Shown here piece after piece: positions 50,807 through 62,291 of a stretch of 64,000 bases of DNA. The notes under the pieces were generated by a model, which worked only from the letters and a program-made list of their open reading frames with translations, made no database searches and was not told the DNA's origin. Source of the DNA: Psammoneis japonica (taxonomy: Eukaryota); the NCBI GenBank assembly GCA_008632985.1, contig QPGO01000028.1:553598-617597 (forward strand), read 5' to 3'. Position numbers and translations under genes: made by a program. Every line of letters begins with the position of its first letter. Within the stretch, counting starts at the first letter, position 1.

Positions 50807-52169
50807 CCCTCGTGCCACACCATCACTTTGTTTTTCTCAGAGGTGCTCCTGTGTTTTTGTAACTTGGTGTGGGGGGTTCCTCTTTTTTTGACAGGAGCTG
50901 GGTGTTCAACCTCAACAACACAAGGGACTCACTTTGAAATGGCGACCAACTGACCAACCCACATGCCAATTGATGGATGTGAAAAAGCAAACCTGCATCC
51001 ATTTGAAGTGCTTGTGGATGTGACAAACAGTTCTGTGGTGAACCCGATTTGACTTCAGATGATGGTTGGAACACGGATGTAAAACAACTTTGCCAGTGTG
51101 GTTGCTCACTTGGGGTCTGATCTTTTTGCTCCTTTTGAACAGACACGTTTCTTTTGCCTTTCAAAAAGACACAAGAAGATCGTTGCTGTGTGGGGTCATG
51201 GATGACATGTTGTCATCAGAGCATGAGCTTCAGCAGCTCTGCAAGCCGTCACATGCAAGCATGTCCATGTGGCCAACAACTGGGGGGACCGCGGTGCCGC
51301 TGCAGGATCCAGCTGCGTCAACTCAGCTGCAAACAGTCTTTGCAGCAGATGCAGTCTTGTCAGAGCATCTTCAAGACCCATCACTCAACAGTGCCAGTTT
51401 GGGTGTTGCTGTTCAGGCCACTCAAGCTCAAATCTCTGGTGACACAGCAGTCCATCTGGCAGACAATCATGAGAGTGCAATTGCCGTGGACTGCCTTTTT
51501 CACAAACTTCTTGAGGATGAGAAAAAGCACTCAATGAACCTGAGTGTGACTTGCCTGTTGAAGTCTCTGTCCCAGCGGCCATGCATTTGACAAAAGAGAT
51601 TGATGGCGGCTGGAGTGGCTGGAGTTGGTTCTTGATTTGAAGACTGCAGAAAAACCATCTTGTCATCACAAAGTGACACGTTAACCATCTGTTTGCTTGA
51701 GGAGAGAGCAGATTCTGTCATCAAAAGAAGCTGCTCTCTGGTGCACTTTCCTGCCACCAAGCGGCACAACCAGTCATGGAGCATCATGCAAAACACCATG
51801 ACAAGAAGCACAAACAAGAGAGCACTGGCAAAAAGGCCAAATGCCCCATCATGCAGTGATGGCAGGCACAGCTGTTGGGTCTTGCTCTTGCAGCACTGCT
51901 TTTTGTAGTCGGTGCTCATCTGTCGCAAAAGGGCAACAAAGCACACGTCAGGCACACCTTGTGCTCAGGTCTCCCAAACAGTGGACATTGAAACAACACA
52001 GCCATGATCAACACAAATGGGATTGCAACAGTGCAGACTTTGGATGAGGAGTCACTCGTGAAATGAGCATTCTCTCATGCTGGGGCTCAGTCAAGGCTGC
52101 TGACCTTCCATGTGAATTTGCCATGCATTCAAGGCACAAGAACCATTTTTAGAGACACTCTCTCTGGGA

Positions 52170-52524
52170 TTGGCAAGGGGGGAATTGAAATGCTGTTTCA
52201 GGAGAGGGAGGGACAAGCGTCCAAAAGTTCACAGGAGAGAGCGTCACCATTGGGAACAATGGTCAAATTGTGAAACTCACGCCTGCCACACTCTCCAAAA
52301 CTTGCCAGACGTGTTTCATCGTCTCACTGGCCCAAGGGAACTTGAAATCTCAGATTGCCCTAACTAGAGGGCTGCCCCAATCGATTCGATCTTGCAAGCT
52401 GAAAAAGTGTGTGTTCCTCCACCCCCGAAACAGATGCCATCCACCACATCTCGATGTCGTTGACGACTTGAGTCTTGGCCTGCTGTTCACAATAATTTCA
52501 ACTACATCAAAATGTTGTGAATAG
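52170..52524 (+). pseudogene. Possible leucine-rich-repeat gene fragment
   Basis: LQNLPDVFHRLTGPRELEISDCPN followed, after a frameshift, by GLPQSIRSCKLK. Confidence 0.35.
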
Positions 52525-52912
52525 AACATGGCGTCTAATGAACCTGACGCTCCTACGAAAAAAAAGAACACATGTTTTTACAGTGATCCAGTTGATCGAT
52601 ATACCTTGACATTACTAGAGGACAAAACAAGCTAACAAGCCTCTGAGAAGAAGATAGGGTGACATGGCTGACTGATGCCTAATACGTCGCAAGCTGCCTT
52701 GTTGGGGAAGATACCCAAAATTGAACTGGCAACGCAGACGCAATCTCTCAATTGTCTTGGATAGGAAGGACAGTTTTGTCGTTGCAGTACACCGATTAAA
52801 CAGTTTTAGGCCCTGACAAGTCTTCTGCCGCCATTCTTTCTATGCCAGCAAGTCGTACTTGTGCTCACGGACACCAGGGAAGACTAAGACACACTGCTTG
52901 CTATATCCAGGT

Positions 52913-55298
52913 TCAATTGTCAGTATTTGCGATCCACGTTCTTATGCGAGGTTGGTAGAGAAGCAACTGCCCACCACTCCCCAGTTTGTGCTCATTGAGC
53001 ATTCCCTGGTTGTAATTCTTGGCTGCGACAGTTACAGCTATGCTTTTTCTGTTTAATGGAACCGATCGACTGGCCTCAATCGCTTGGTGTCCTTTGCCAA
53101 AGATGGTGTCTCGGATCCAAAAATTTCCAGTGGAAGTCTTTTTCAGGAGACCCGAAATGTCCACAGCGCTGGAAAATTCGTGGCGAAAGGATCCCTTTGT
53201 GTTTACTCCCGCCGGAATCCCTACCTTTGCCATATTCCGAGTATTCTTTTTGCCTCCCGTCATTGCTACGAAAAAATAATCAAGTTCTCGACCATCATTC
53301 TCGTGCTCAAGAGCTGAAGAAATGAACATTCGCTCCCCATAATCATTTCTGGAAGACTCTTGAATGACTAGATGCATCGTATTTGCCTTGGGAGTGTCGG
53401 TAAGACAAGTTCGATGTTGGAAGGCTCGTGAAATTTGTGCTTTGTCCGCCTTGATCTATCCACTGCGGATCGTCCCCAACCATGTTGTACTTGGCGCTGA
53501 CTCCATTGGCGTACATACCTTTCCCCCCAAGTCTGATTGGATTTGCAACGGGGACTTCTGCCTGATACACATAGTATTCACCTTGTAGTATCGACGGAAA
53601 ATGTGACCCTTGCGATAAGCCAGATAAAGCTGACGACAGCCCCGTCACATAATAATGGCCGAAATACCCGTCGTCCGATCCGAGGACGAATCCGCACTTG
53701 CCTTGACGGGGATCTGCCGCATTGTGCGTCAAGGGGTAGCCTCTTTCATTTCCATCCTTCCGTTCCAGTAAGACCATTCGCGTCCGAGTTGATAAGGAAT
53801 GTCCTGCCATTCCCATATGCTTCCGTCATGTGCAATGTCGCGAACAACTCCGTTCCATTGCCAGTCAATTGCAACCCATTTCCCTAGCACTTGGCTCCAT
53901 TAACCAGCGACGGCCCATGCGAATGCCAATAGTCTCTGCCTTGGGCCATGGTAGTGGCAAAGCCGTACACCTTTCCGTACCGTAACCCATTTCTGGCCAA
54001 AAAGTCATTGGTATTACGTGAACCGTCTTCCATGAATCCTTTTTTGCCAATGTACACTCGAGCCGGGACAATCGATTTTGGGTTTTTCCATGATTGACCA
54101 TCCCGACGCGTGCCGTGCTTGTTATGTCGTCGCCTAAGGATTCTGGTCAGGGATGAATGGAAGTCTCCATTGTCGCCGGATAGAGCCAAGGCAACATAGT
54201 CATTATGCATGCTTTGAATCTCCACGATTTTCTTGTAGCCCCCAAATCCAAGCACTCCCAGAGCGTAAGCCGTTCTTGTTTTTACATCAATTGCATACGA
54301 ACCCAACCCCACCATTCTCTTAACGTTATCGGGATAGTAGCCACGTGATTCACTGGTGAACAAAATGTCGTCAACAAATCCTCTAGTGTCGGACCACTGA
54401 TACTTTGGCGCCAAATGGATGGCGCCTGGCCTGCTCATGATCCAATCGGCACCGTCATTGGGGTACTCATTCAGGATGTAGTTGCCGGAGGGATCCGTGT
54501 TAGAAAAGTGAGCACCGATTCCGGTGGTCCCAGTGATACGATTGCGAGGCCTCACCAATTCGCCCTTGACGTTGTAAAAGGTTTGGATGAATTCCCCGCT
54601 CCACAGGAACGCGATGGAATAAGAAAGGTCGTTCGATCGCATCCCGACCAGAAGTGCCATGAGTCTACGGTCGTAATCCACAAACTGTAAATGCCCACCG
54701 CTGAATGAGACGGCTCCATTATTTACTCGATAGGGATACGGATTTTTGTTGTATGGTCCCTTGGCACTTTGTACAAGCATTCGGACCGTCGCAAAATTGG
54801 GTAGGTACGCAGCCACCCCCACAGGCATGCCGACAAGGTATTTCCCAGTCTTTTTATTAACTTCTCCACTGTAGCAATGGATGACAAAGATCCGTGGGGG
54901 AAATACGTATCGCCGCTTTGGCCGTCCTCTACTTTTACGCCTCGTGTCTGTTTCGCATCGTTAGCTTCCGGAATAAGAGCTGTAATTTCTCCAATGCCAT
55001 ACCTGTATGTTGACGCGGAGTTTATGCGCCTGGAAGTAGAAAGTTCAAGACTCGAAGTCTCGTTTCGAATAGTGGATGGCGAGCTTGCAGTCTTCAAACT
55101 ATTGATGTCGAGTCTTCCTCTGGTCGTTGACAAGCTCTCTTTTGTGATGCTGCCTGCCATTGTCCTCGCCCCTTCTCCTTCATTTCGAGGTATCCTAGCT
55201 TCTTTGTTTGTCCCACGGAGATGAATTGGGGTTTCCTCGGCTCTCACTAGTACTTCCATAAGGAACAACGTCAGAACAACAAGAAGTTCTCGTCTCAT
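52913..55298 (-). CDS. Secreted PhoX/alkaline-phosphatase-like beta-propeller protein with four single-base frameshifts (pseudogene or assembly errors)
   Basis: Signal peptide. Motifs FPHGSLSSIATV(GE), TVRMLVQS, VPARVYIGKKG, FLARNGLRYGKVYGFA, GYFGHYYV, IQE..NDYGERMFISS and GGQLLLYQP. Shifts near 54866, 53892, 53757 and 53383, all in short homopolymers. Confidence 0.6.
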
Positions 55299-55450
55299 GT
55301 TGAATTTTGTATCGTAGACCTTGTGATGATACCTTAGCCCTTAGAGTAGTTGTATATTGAGGAAAATGAAAATGAAAAAATGAGAAAAGAGCGCAAAACC
55401 GTGCTCGCTCCGTTTTTGATTTTATGTTTTGCTCGCTGATAGATGTCGAC

Positions 55451-56688
55451 TGTCGACATTCTCTCTTTTGAATAAGTAATGTGTGCTACATGTATGAAGG
55501 TTGTTCATAAAAAGGGCTTTAATGAGCCTGTTTATAATTGTCTCTTCATGAATGTACAGCATAGAGAATCTTTTGAATCATTGGTCAAACCTCGCATTCA
55601 GCATCTGTCAAGAGCACTCTGGTGTTACAACAGACACACATTGTAACATCTGCAATGTGTGTTTAAGAAATCCAATGTGAAAGACCGTCAGAGCCAACTG
55701 AATGTGCTTGCAATGCCTGGCACAATTAACTGGCTTGTGTGCCCGCACATTGCGCATGTGAAGACCTTGTCTGGCACACCCAAACAAGGGTTGAGACACC
55801 CACCTTCTCTGCAGCCCACATTCTTGATGATGGCATGCTGAACAGTTTCTGAGAGCATGCTTGAAATTCCAAGAGATGATGCATTTCAGCAGGAGAGAGA
55901 AGAACTGCCATGTCTTCATTGATGGGCACTTTTCAAATGTGGTGGGTGTGGCTGACTTCATTCTCAGCAGTGCTTGCATCAGAGGTGGCAATGCAGTGGT
56001 TTCCACTTTCCTTTGTAAAATTTTGAGTGTGCATTGTTAAAATTGTCAACAAGCAGAACTTAAAAAATGCCAGCAAAAGTGCTTGACAAAATGAAGGTGT
56101 TTTTTGCATTTCATCTGATGTCTCATTAACTTTTCTTGCACAAGCTTCAATCAAATGCATGCAATGTTTAATTTGGTTGGGAACAAAATCCATTTTTTGT
56201 CATGCATGGTTTGGTTTCCTTTTGATCATAATTAATTTGAACTTGGTTTTAACTTTGTCCTCCTCACTCACGTGTGTGTGTCTTTGCATGTGTGCAGTCT
56301 GCAGCACTTCACGCAAGCACGTGACCCACCTTCATTTTTCTTCACTTTTGCACAGCCTGTTGGTCTACGGCATTTTCAGCATGTGTTTTACATGCGCAAT
56401 TTTCCACACATTTCACAACAGTGCACGCTCTCCCCAAATTTGAAAAACGAGAGCGTGTGCTGTTGTGATTCACGTGGATCCTGCGTGTGGTCACAAATCT
56501 GCAAATCGACAACTGGCCATGGCGGTGAAAGACTTTGTGTCGACATTCTCTCTTTTGAACAAGCATTGTGTGCTGCATGTGTGGAGGTTGTTCACAAAAA
56601 GGGCTTTGTCAATGAGCTGGCTTGCAGTTGCCTCATCATGAACACACAGCAACACATGGAGAATTTTTTGAATCATTGGTCAAACCTC
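55451..56688. repeat. Dispersed direct repeat of about 145 bp: 55451-55593 (TpA intact) and 56538-56688 (TpA lost)
   Basis: Both copies run tgtcgacattctctcttttgaa...ttgaatcattggtcaaacctc. Confidence 0.92.
55603..55979 (-). pseudogene. RNA polymerase III largest subunit (RPC1) N-terminal fragment, copy 1
   Basis: LLSPAEMHHLLEFQACSQKLFSMP and NCARHCKHIQLALTVFHIGFLKHTLQMLQCV (clamp region, GHFGHI.L..PVFHIG). Duplicate of 58557-58953. Confidence 0.75.
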
Positions 56689-58049
56689 CGCGGGTGCCGC
56701 ACATGCGCGCAGCTCCCCCCCAAAGCAAGTGAGCCTTGGCAAGCGGTCGAGTCATGGTCCCACGAGGAGCAACCCCACCATTCCAGAAACAGTTGTGCTT
56801 GTCATTGCAGTTCAGTGAGTCACACAGCATCTCAGAAAATCCCACAGCCAGAAGCCAAGGAGGAAGCCGTGACAGTGCTTTTTCTCTCTCTCTGGAGGCT
56901 GGAACAGCCACAAGAGATGATGGCAAAGAGACTGAAACCAAGAGTGCAGCACGTGAGGGTTGCAACCTGACAGAGCATTCCTGTCAACAATCTAAGATGT
57001 GTGCATGGTGGCAACAACCTGCATTTTAGATTGTCAAAGAGTGAGCAGATCTCAAACGACCCATCTGGAGGAAGATCAGCATGTCTGTCATGTGTGCATC
57101 TCATGTGCTGGCACTGCAGCACATGGTGACTGACAGCCCAGTTTCATGTTTCATGGACAGATCACAGATCAGATTGCAGCTTTTGCTCACAACATTGTTT
57201 GAATGGAAGGTGGTTTCTCAAATTGTTTTTGGGGAGATTGGCTCGGGAGGACAGGTAGGGCACACACGCAGATTTTGTGCTGTTCATTGTGAATTCTGTG
57301 TTTGTCAATGGAAGAGACTCTCAGGAAAAACTGGCATTGAACAATGATCAAATCATTTGACAATCAGATCGTGGCAATGACAAAGCAAAAAACGACATGT
57401 GGCAGATCTTCAACAGCTCACATCTCACATTGGCCCCAACCATGTTGGGTGGAACATGTGTGATGTGCCAGCATGACTCTGTGACGCAAGAGCTTCTCAA
57501 GACAACGTGAGATGTCACTTTTTTGTGTGGAAAAAACAAAAAAAGAAAAATCTGAGTCTGACCCCATCACAAAAAAAGACAATGTCTCATGCATCATGTT
57601 GAGCCATGAGTCAAGCAAAGCCAAGAAGAAGATGAAAGTTGCTTGCAAGAGGGTTTTGCTTGTGCTTGTGTTTGCTCTTTGCAAGGTGGCAGGTGTGTGC
57701 TGGCCCCCTTTGCTGCAATTCTTAAAGTGCACAAATTGTTGCAGACCAACAAGCAATTTCCACTGCTGCTTTCCCATCTGGTCTCTGCTTCTTCCTCAGA
57801 GCTTGTGGCAGCACCAGAGTTCACACCAAACAATGTCACCTCTCCAATTGCAAGTGCTGCTGCAGACATCCAAAAGAATCATGGAGTTCATTTTGTCATG
57901 TGTTGCACATTCTCACAGTTTCTGCAGTCTGTTTTTGCTGTTCTCGGAAGGATTTTGGATCTGGCAAAATGACAGTTCTGCCAGAAAAATCAACATGCTT
58001 TCCAGACAAGTTCTTGCCACAAAACCATCCTCATTGTCTGCCTTTGAGT

Positions 58050-58953
58050 CTCTGGCACAGTTCCCACATGGGATTTGTCCAAAGTCATGCTCCTGGACAA
58101 TGGCTCTGGTGTGCGGCAATCATTTGGTGAGAACAAGCTCAAGAGCTGTGCTGACATCAACAATCTCTTGGGAGTTTGACAGCCAGATCATCTTTGTTCT
58201 TGCTGCCTCCACGAATGTCCACAGCTGCAGAGGGATGGCTGAGAACTGTGGGGAAAGAATGCTTTGCAGAATCAAGTTCTCTGGATGACCAATGAGAGGG
58301 TCAATCCAAAGGATCTTGCAATCATCATTGGGCATCATGGAGAACAGTTCCAGAACCCTCATTGGAAACAAGTCTTCTGCAGGTGGATTGCTCCCAGCAT
58401 GGACAGATGGCATGACATCTTCATTGTGCTTCATGGCAGATTCAAGGCTTTCCCCAAGTTGCTCCATCTTGCCATCCAAGTGCTTTCCTTTTGCTCAGTG
58501 CCCAGCCTTTTTTTATTGATTTCTCAGCATTCTTCAAAGCTGCTGATCACATTTGGCATCCGTCAAGAGCACTCCTCTGGCAAAAGTCTTGCAGACAAAT
58601 TGCAACATCTGCAATGTGTGTTCAAGAAATCCAATGTGAAAGACCATTGGAGCCAACTGAATGTGTTTGCAATGCCTGGCACAATTGACTGGCTTGTGTT
58701 TGCACATTTGTGTGAGGAGATCTTGTCTGACACACCCAAACAAGGATTGAGACACCCAACTGCAGCTCGCATTCTTGATGGCATGCCAAACAGTTTCTGA
58801 GAGCATGCTTGAAATTCCAAGAGATGATGCATTTCAGCATGAGAGAGAAGAACCAATTTGAGGTAGGAGATCCTCTTTGAAGAGCCATGTCTTCATTGAT
58901 GAGGCATTTTTCAGATGTGGTGAGTGTGACTTCATTCTCAGCAGTGCTTCCAT
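58050..58953 (-). pseudogene. RNA polymerase III largest subunit (RPC1) N-terminal fragment, copy 2 (longer)
   Basis: GCLNPCLGVSDK, HIQLAPMVFHIGF, EDLFPMRVLELF..PNDDCKILWIDPLIGHPENLIL and DDLAVKL.EIVDV. Confidence 0.8.
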
Positions 58954-59811
58954 GATGCAACCTGTTCACATCATGAGACATGAAGCCACATTCTCTCAAG
59001 CATCTGGAATTCTTGCTGCACAAACACAGCTTGTGATTCTGTCAGTTCAAAAATGAGAAGCCCTGTTGAGCATCAAACCACCTTGATGCCATGGCCTTGT
59101 GATGCTGCTCTCCACCATGAGCCTCTGCTTGAAATGGTGGAAACAAGTGTTGTGATGCCTCTGAAAAGGAATCTGAACATGAGCCAAGGGATGCTGATGG
59201 GATGTTGATGACTGCATGAAAACGGACATTGAAAACTTTGGTGTTTGTTGCTCCCTTCAGTTTGGTTTTCACAAAAAGAACCCGGGTCAGCAACAAGGTG
59301 TGGTGTTTCTGCCATTGCCATGCTTCCAACACATGAGGACTGTCATGGCATTGTTCATGGAGTCATTGCTCTCATTGCCAAGCCACATCACACACAACAA
59401 GCCCTCACTCAACCTGGCTGCAATTGGTGTCTCCTCCTCTTTTGGCAGCTGCTTCCAAGAGGGCCTTTGTGTTCTTATGTGATCCTCATGCAAAGGAGTT
59501 ACTTTGCACATTTGTGACAAACTCGTCAATCGACGCCACCTCTGGAGCTGTGGAAGCATGTGAGAATCACACCCATCATCTCAGCCCTTGCCACATGCTC
59601 CCAGCTTGAAAAAGACTGTTGTGCACCATGGTGGAACAAGCAGATTTTTGCAAACCTGGCCCATGCAAAAATCACAAGGTGACAGATGCAGTTGCAGGAG
59701 AAGCACCTGATGCTCTTTTGCCTGCAGATGTGTGTGAGAGTTGTTTGTGGTGCCATGACATGGTGGCAAAGCAGCTTGTGGATGCCAGTGCCTGTCGCCA
59801 ATGCTGTCACA

Positions 59812-60278
59812 ACAATTGAAGAACTTTGATGACACTCAATTGCTCACAAGACAAATGGGGTCAAAGGGAGATCATTTTGTGATGCAGTTGCAGCTGTTGA
59901 GCTGGTCTTGTTGGCTCGTGCCTGCCTGGTGTGCTGAGCGAGAAGAACATTGGAAGAGCGGGCCAGTGTTTGAATGACTTTGATGGAATCAATTGCTCAC
60001 AAAACAAATGGGGGGGGGGGGGGGGGGGNGCAAAGGGAGTTTGTTTTGAAGCAAGTGTGGCCATTGAAGTGGTCTTGTTGGCTGGCGCACTTGCAAATTG
60101 GTGTCGCTGAGAGCAAGTGGAGCGTTGGAAGAATGGGCCAGTGTTTGAACAGCTTCGGTGACATTCAATCACTTGCAAGACAAATGGGGTAACAAAAAGT
60201 TCATTTTGAAGCGAGTGCAGCCATTGAACTGGTTTTGTTGGCTGACGCACTTGCAAATTGGCATCACCAAGAGTGAGC
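59812..60278. repeat. Three diverged tandem units of about 155-175 bp; the middle unit has a poly-G run and an N
   Basis: Recurring ttgaa..cttt/cgg/atg..caat..ct..caa.acaaatgggg...ttttg...ggtcttgttggct. Confidence 0.8.
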
Positions 60279-60509
60279 TTCATTGCCATGAGACCTTGCG
60301 CCACATTTTTCTGATTCCATAGACCGGCCGTCGTCCGTCGAACAGCATTAGCCTGCATGCTGGAATTTGGATATTGCTTGCCTCGCTTTTAGGCCCCAGT
60401 ATTCTTCTGCGGTTGCAAGGGCCGGAGCATAGGGATACTTAGTTCTAAAAGCATTCAAGTCTTCCTGTCGTCTTCTTCTGTTGTCGGGGCTGTTGTTTTG
60501 TGTTTTTGC

Positions 60510-61049
60510 ATGGGTTGTATTTGTTCCAATCAGAGTGCCCTGTCAACGGCGGTGCAACAAGAGATTGATGCGCCTTGCGACATTGTATGGGAGGTTGTGT
60601 CGGATATTGAAAACGTTCCCTTGACAGTGAGAAACGTGGACAAGGTTGAATTTATGGACAATGTTTCGGAATTTGCCGTGGGTACAAAATGGAAAGAAAC
60701 AAGACGTGTCGGCAAGGAACCCTATTTTACTCAAATCAAGACGATTGCTCGAATTGAAAAAGAAGAATACCCGCGTTCATTCAGTCTCAACATTAGTTTT
60801 CCAAACAAAGAGGGCAAAGGAACGGAAGATATTGAAAACACGTGTACTTTTACCGTAACACCCGTCAGCGAGACCACGAGCGTCTTGATTTTGTCCATTG
60901 GCTTTGCTAGTAAAGACAATACACTGAGTTGCTGCTCGTGTTTGGTGCTGAAATATGCAGAGAAATACCTTGGTGACGAGGTAGAGGATTATGCCAATGC
61001 TGCAATGAAACGTCAGAAGAGAAACAAGCAGCAAATCAATAGAATATGA
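60510..61049 (+). CDS. SRPBCC / polyketide-cyclase (START-like) protein with an N-terminal MGC acylation motif
   Basis: QEIDAPCDIVWEVVSDIENVP...VEF...FAVGTKWKETR...FTVTPVSETTSVL. ORF is intact and TpA content is normal. Confidence 0.8.
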   Translation: MGCICSNQSALSTAVQQEIDAPCDIVWEVVSDIENVPLTVRNVDKVEFMDNVSEFAVGTKWKETRRVGKEPYFTQIKTIARIEKEEYPRSFSLNISFPNKEGKGTEDIENTCTFTVTPVSETTSVLILSIGFASKDNTLSCCSCLVLKYAEKYLGDEVEDYANAAMKRQKRNKQQINRI

Positions 61050-61210
61050 CATGTACAGTGACGACGACAGAGAGGAGTACCCATTTCTCTAACTTTTGAA
61101 AGACCAATGGTGAATGGAGTCTAAGCAAGTCGGAAGAACAATTCTTACGCTCCATTACTCGCGCTCTTCAATCGTTTCCGCGTGTGAAGAGACGAAGCAT
61201 GCGTTCAACC

Positions 61211-62236
61211 TTACAAAGATGAGGCTGGTTTCACCGTAGGATTTCTGTAGAAAACGCTTTGGCGTTGATGCTCCCCGATGATTGAAATACGCTGTATTCT
61301 AAGGCGTATTTTATTTATCGAATCCTTAGCATTGTTCTTTTTGTTTCCGCTTTTTGAAAACGCAGAATTCCCTACATATGACAATCCGGAAGCAATTGTT
61401 GTGCCTCCCGTGACAATGCTATGTGTGGCATGTGGGACGACAAGACAGATCTTTGTTGAGTAACAAGGAAGAAAAGCATACAAAAACCTAGTAGAATCGC
61501 ATCGCTTACCAAGCAGAATCCAGAACCCACGGTGCTAGTCCCGCAATTGGCTGCAACATGCCCAGAGACAGCGTTAGAAATTGCAAAACTGTATTTGCCT
61601 TGCTAATGTTGGTCGGTTCCACCTTGAGTGGCGTATTGACGGGATCAATAATCCACCGCCCACGCTGTCGCTCTCCCTTTAATGTTGCCGTTCGAACATG
61701 CCAATACGATCCACCCACCAAGAGCACGTCCCGTCCCAGCCACAGCACAATGAGCGGCGTGGGCAGTATACCCGAATAACACATGGAGAGGGCAAGCACA
61801 TTAATCATGACCTTGTCCGCAAAGGGATCTAGGTAGGTTCCAAGGACGGTGGACATGTCGTATTTTTAGCCAAGTATCCGTCGAGCCAATCGGAACAACC
61901 CGCTACAACGCAACCCACCAAGGCGTACTCGTGTTGTTGTGTGATGATAAGGTAAGACAAGACTGGTGTCGACAAGATGCGGGCGCTTGTAATCATATTT
62001 GGTGGTGATCGCAATTGCTTTAACCAGTTTTTTGCAACTTCTCTCGTGTCGCTTGAAATTTGAGTGTTGTTTTTGTTTTGTTGTTTCTTTTCGTCATGCA
62101 ACGTGCTAATCCATTGTACAGACGAAATAATGCTGGGTGGTGATTTTCTTCTCCAAGCACCAACTCCGAAACTGCAAACGCAACTTCGATCAAGAGTCCA
62201 TCGGATCATAAGTCTTCCTCTCATTATAGTTGACAT
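61211..62236 (-). CDS. CDP-alcohol phosphatidyltransferase (cardiolipin synthase-like); frameshift in the A-run at about 61863-61867 and an intron at about 61422-61509
   Basis: Motifs PNMITSARIL, SDWLDGYLAK..MSTVLGTYLDPFADK, LGRDVLL and PTNISKANTVLQ. Last exon IVTGGTTIASGLSY. Confidence 0.85.
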
Positions 62237-62291
62237 TGTTGTTGCTTTCAGCACCTTTTTAAAGGGCGATCGACTGTGAAAATGAAATGAG

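Noticed and set aside
60010..60030. Poly-G tract as a G-quadruplex or functional element
   Set aside because: It is followed by an N and replaces a 4-G run seen in sister repeat units, so it is probably an artefact.
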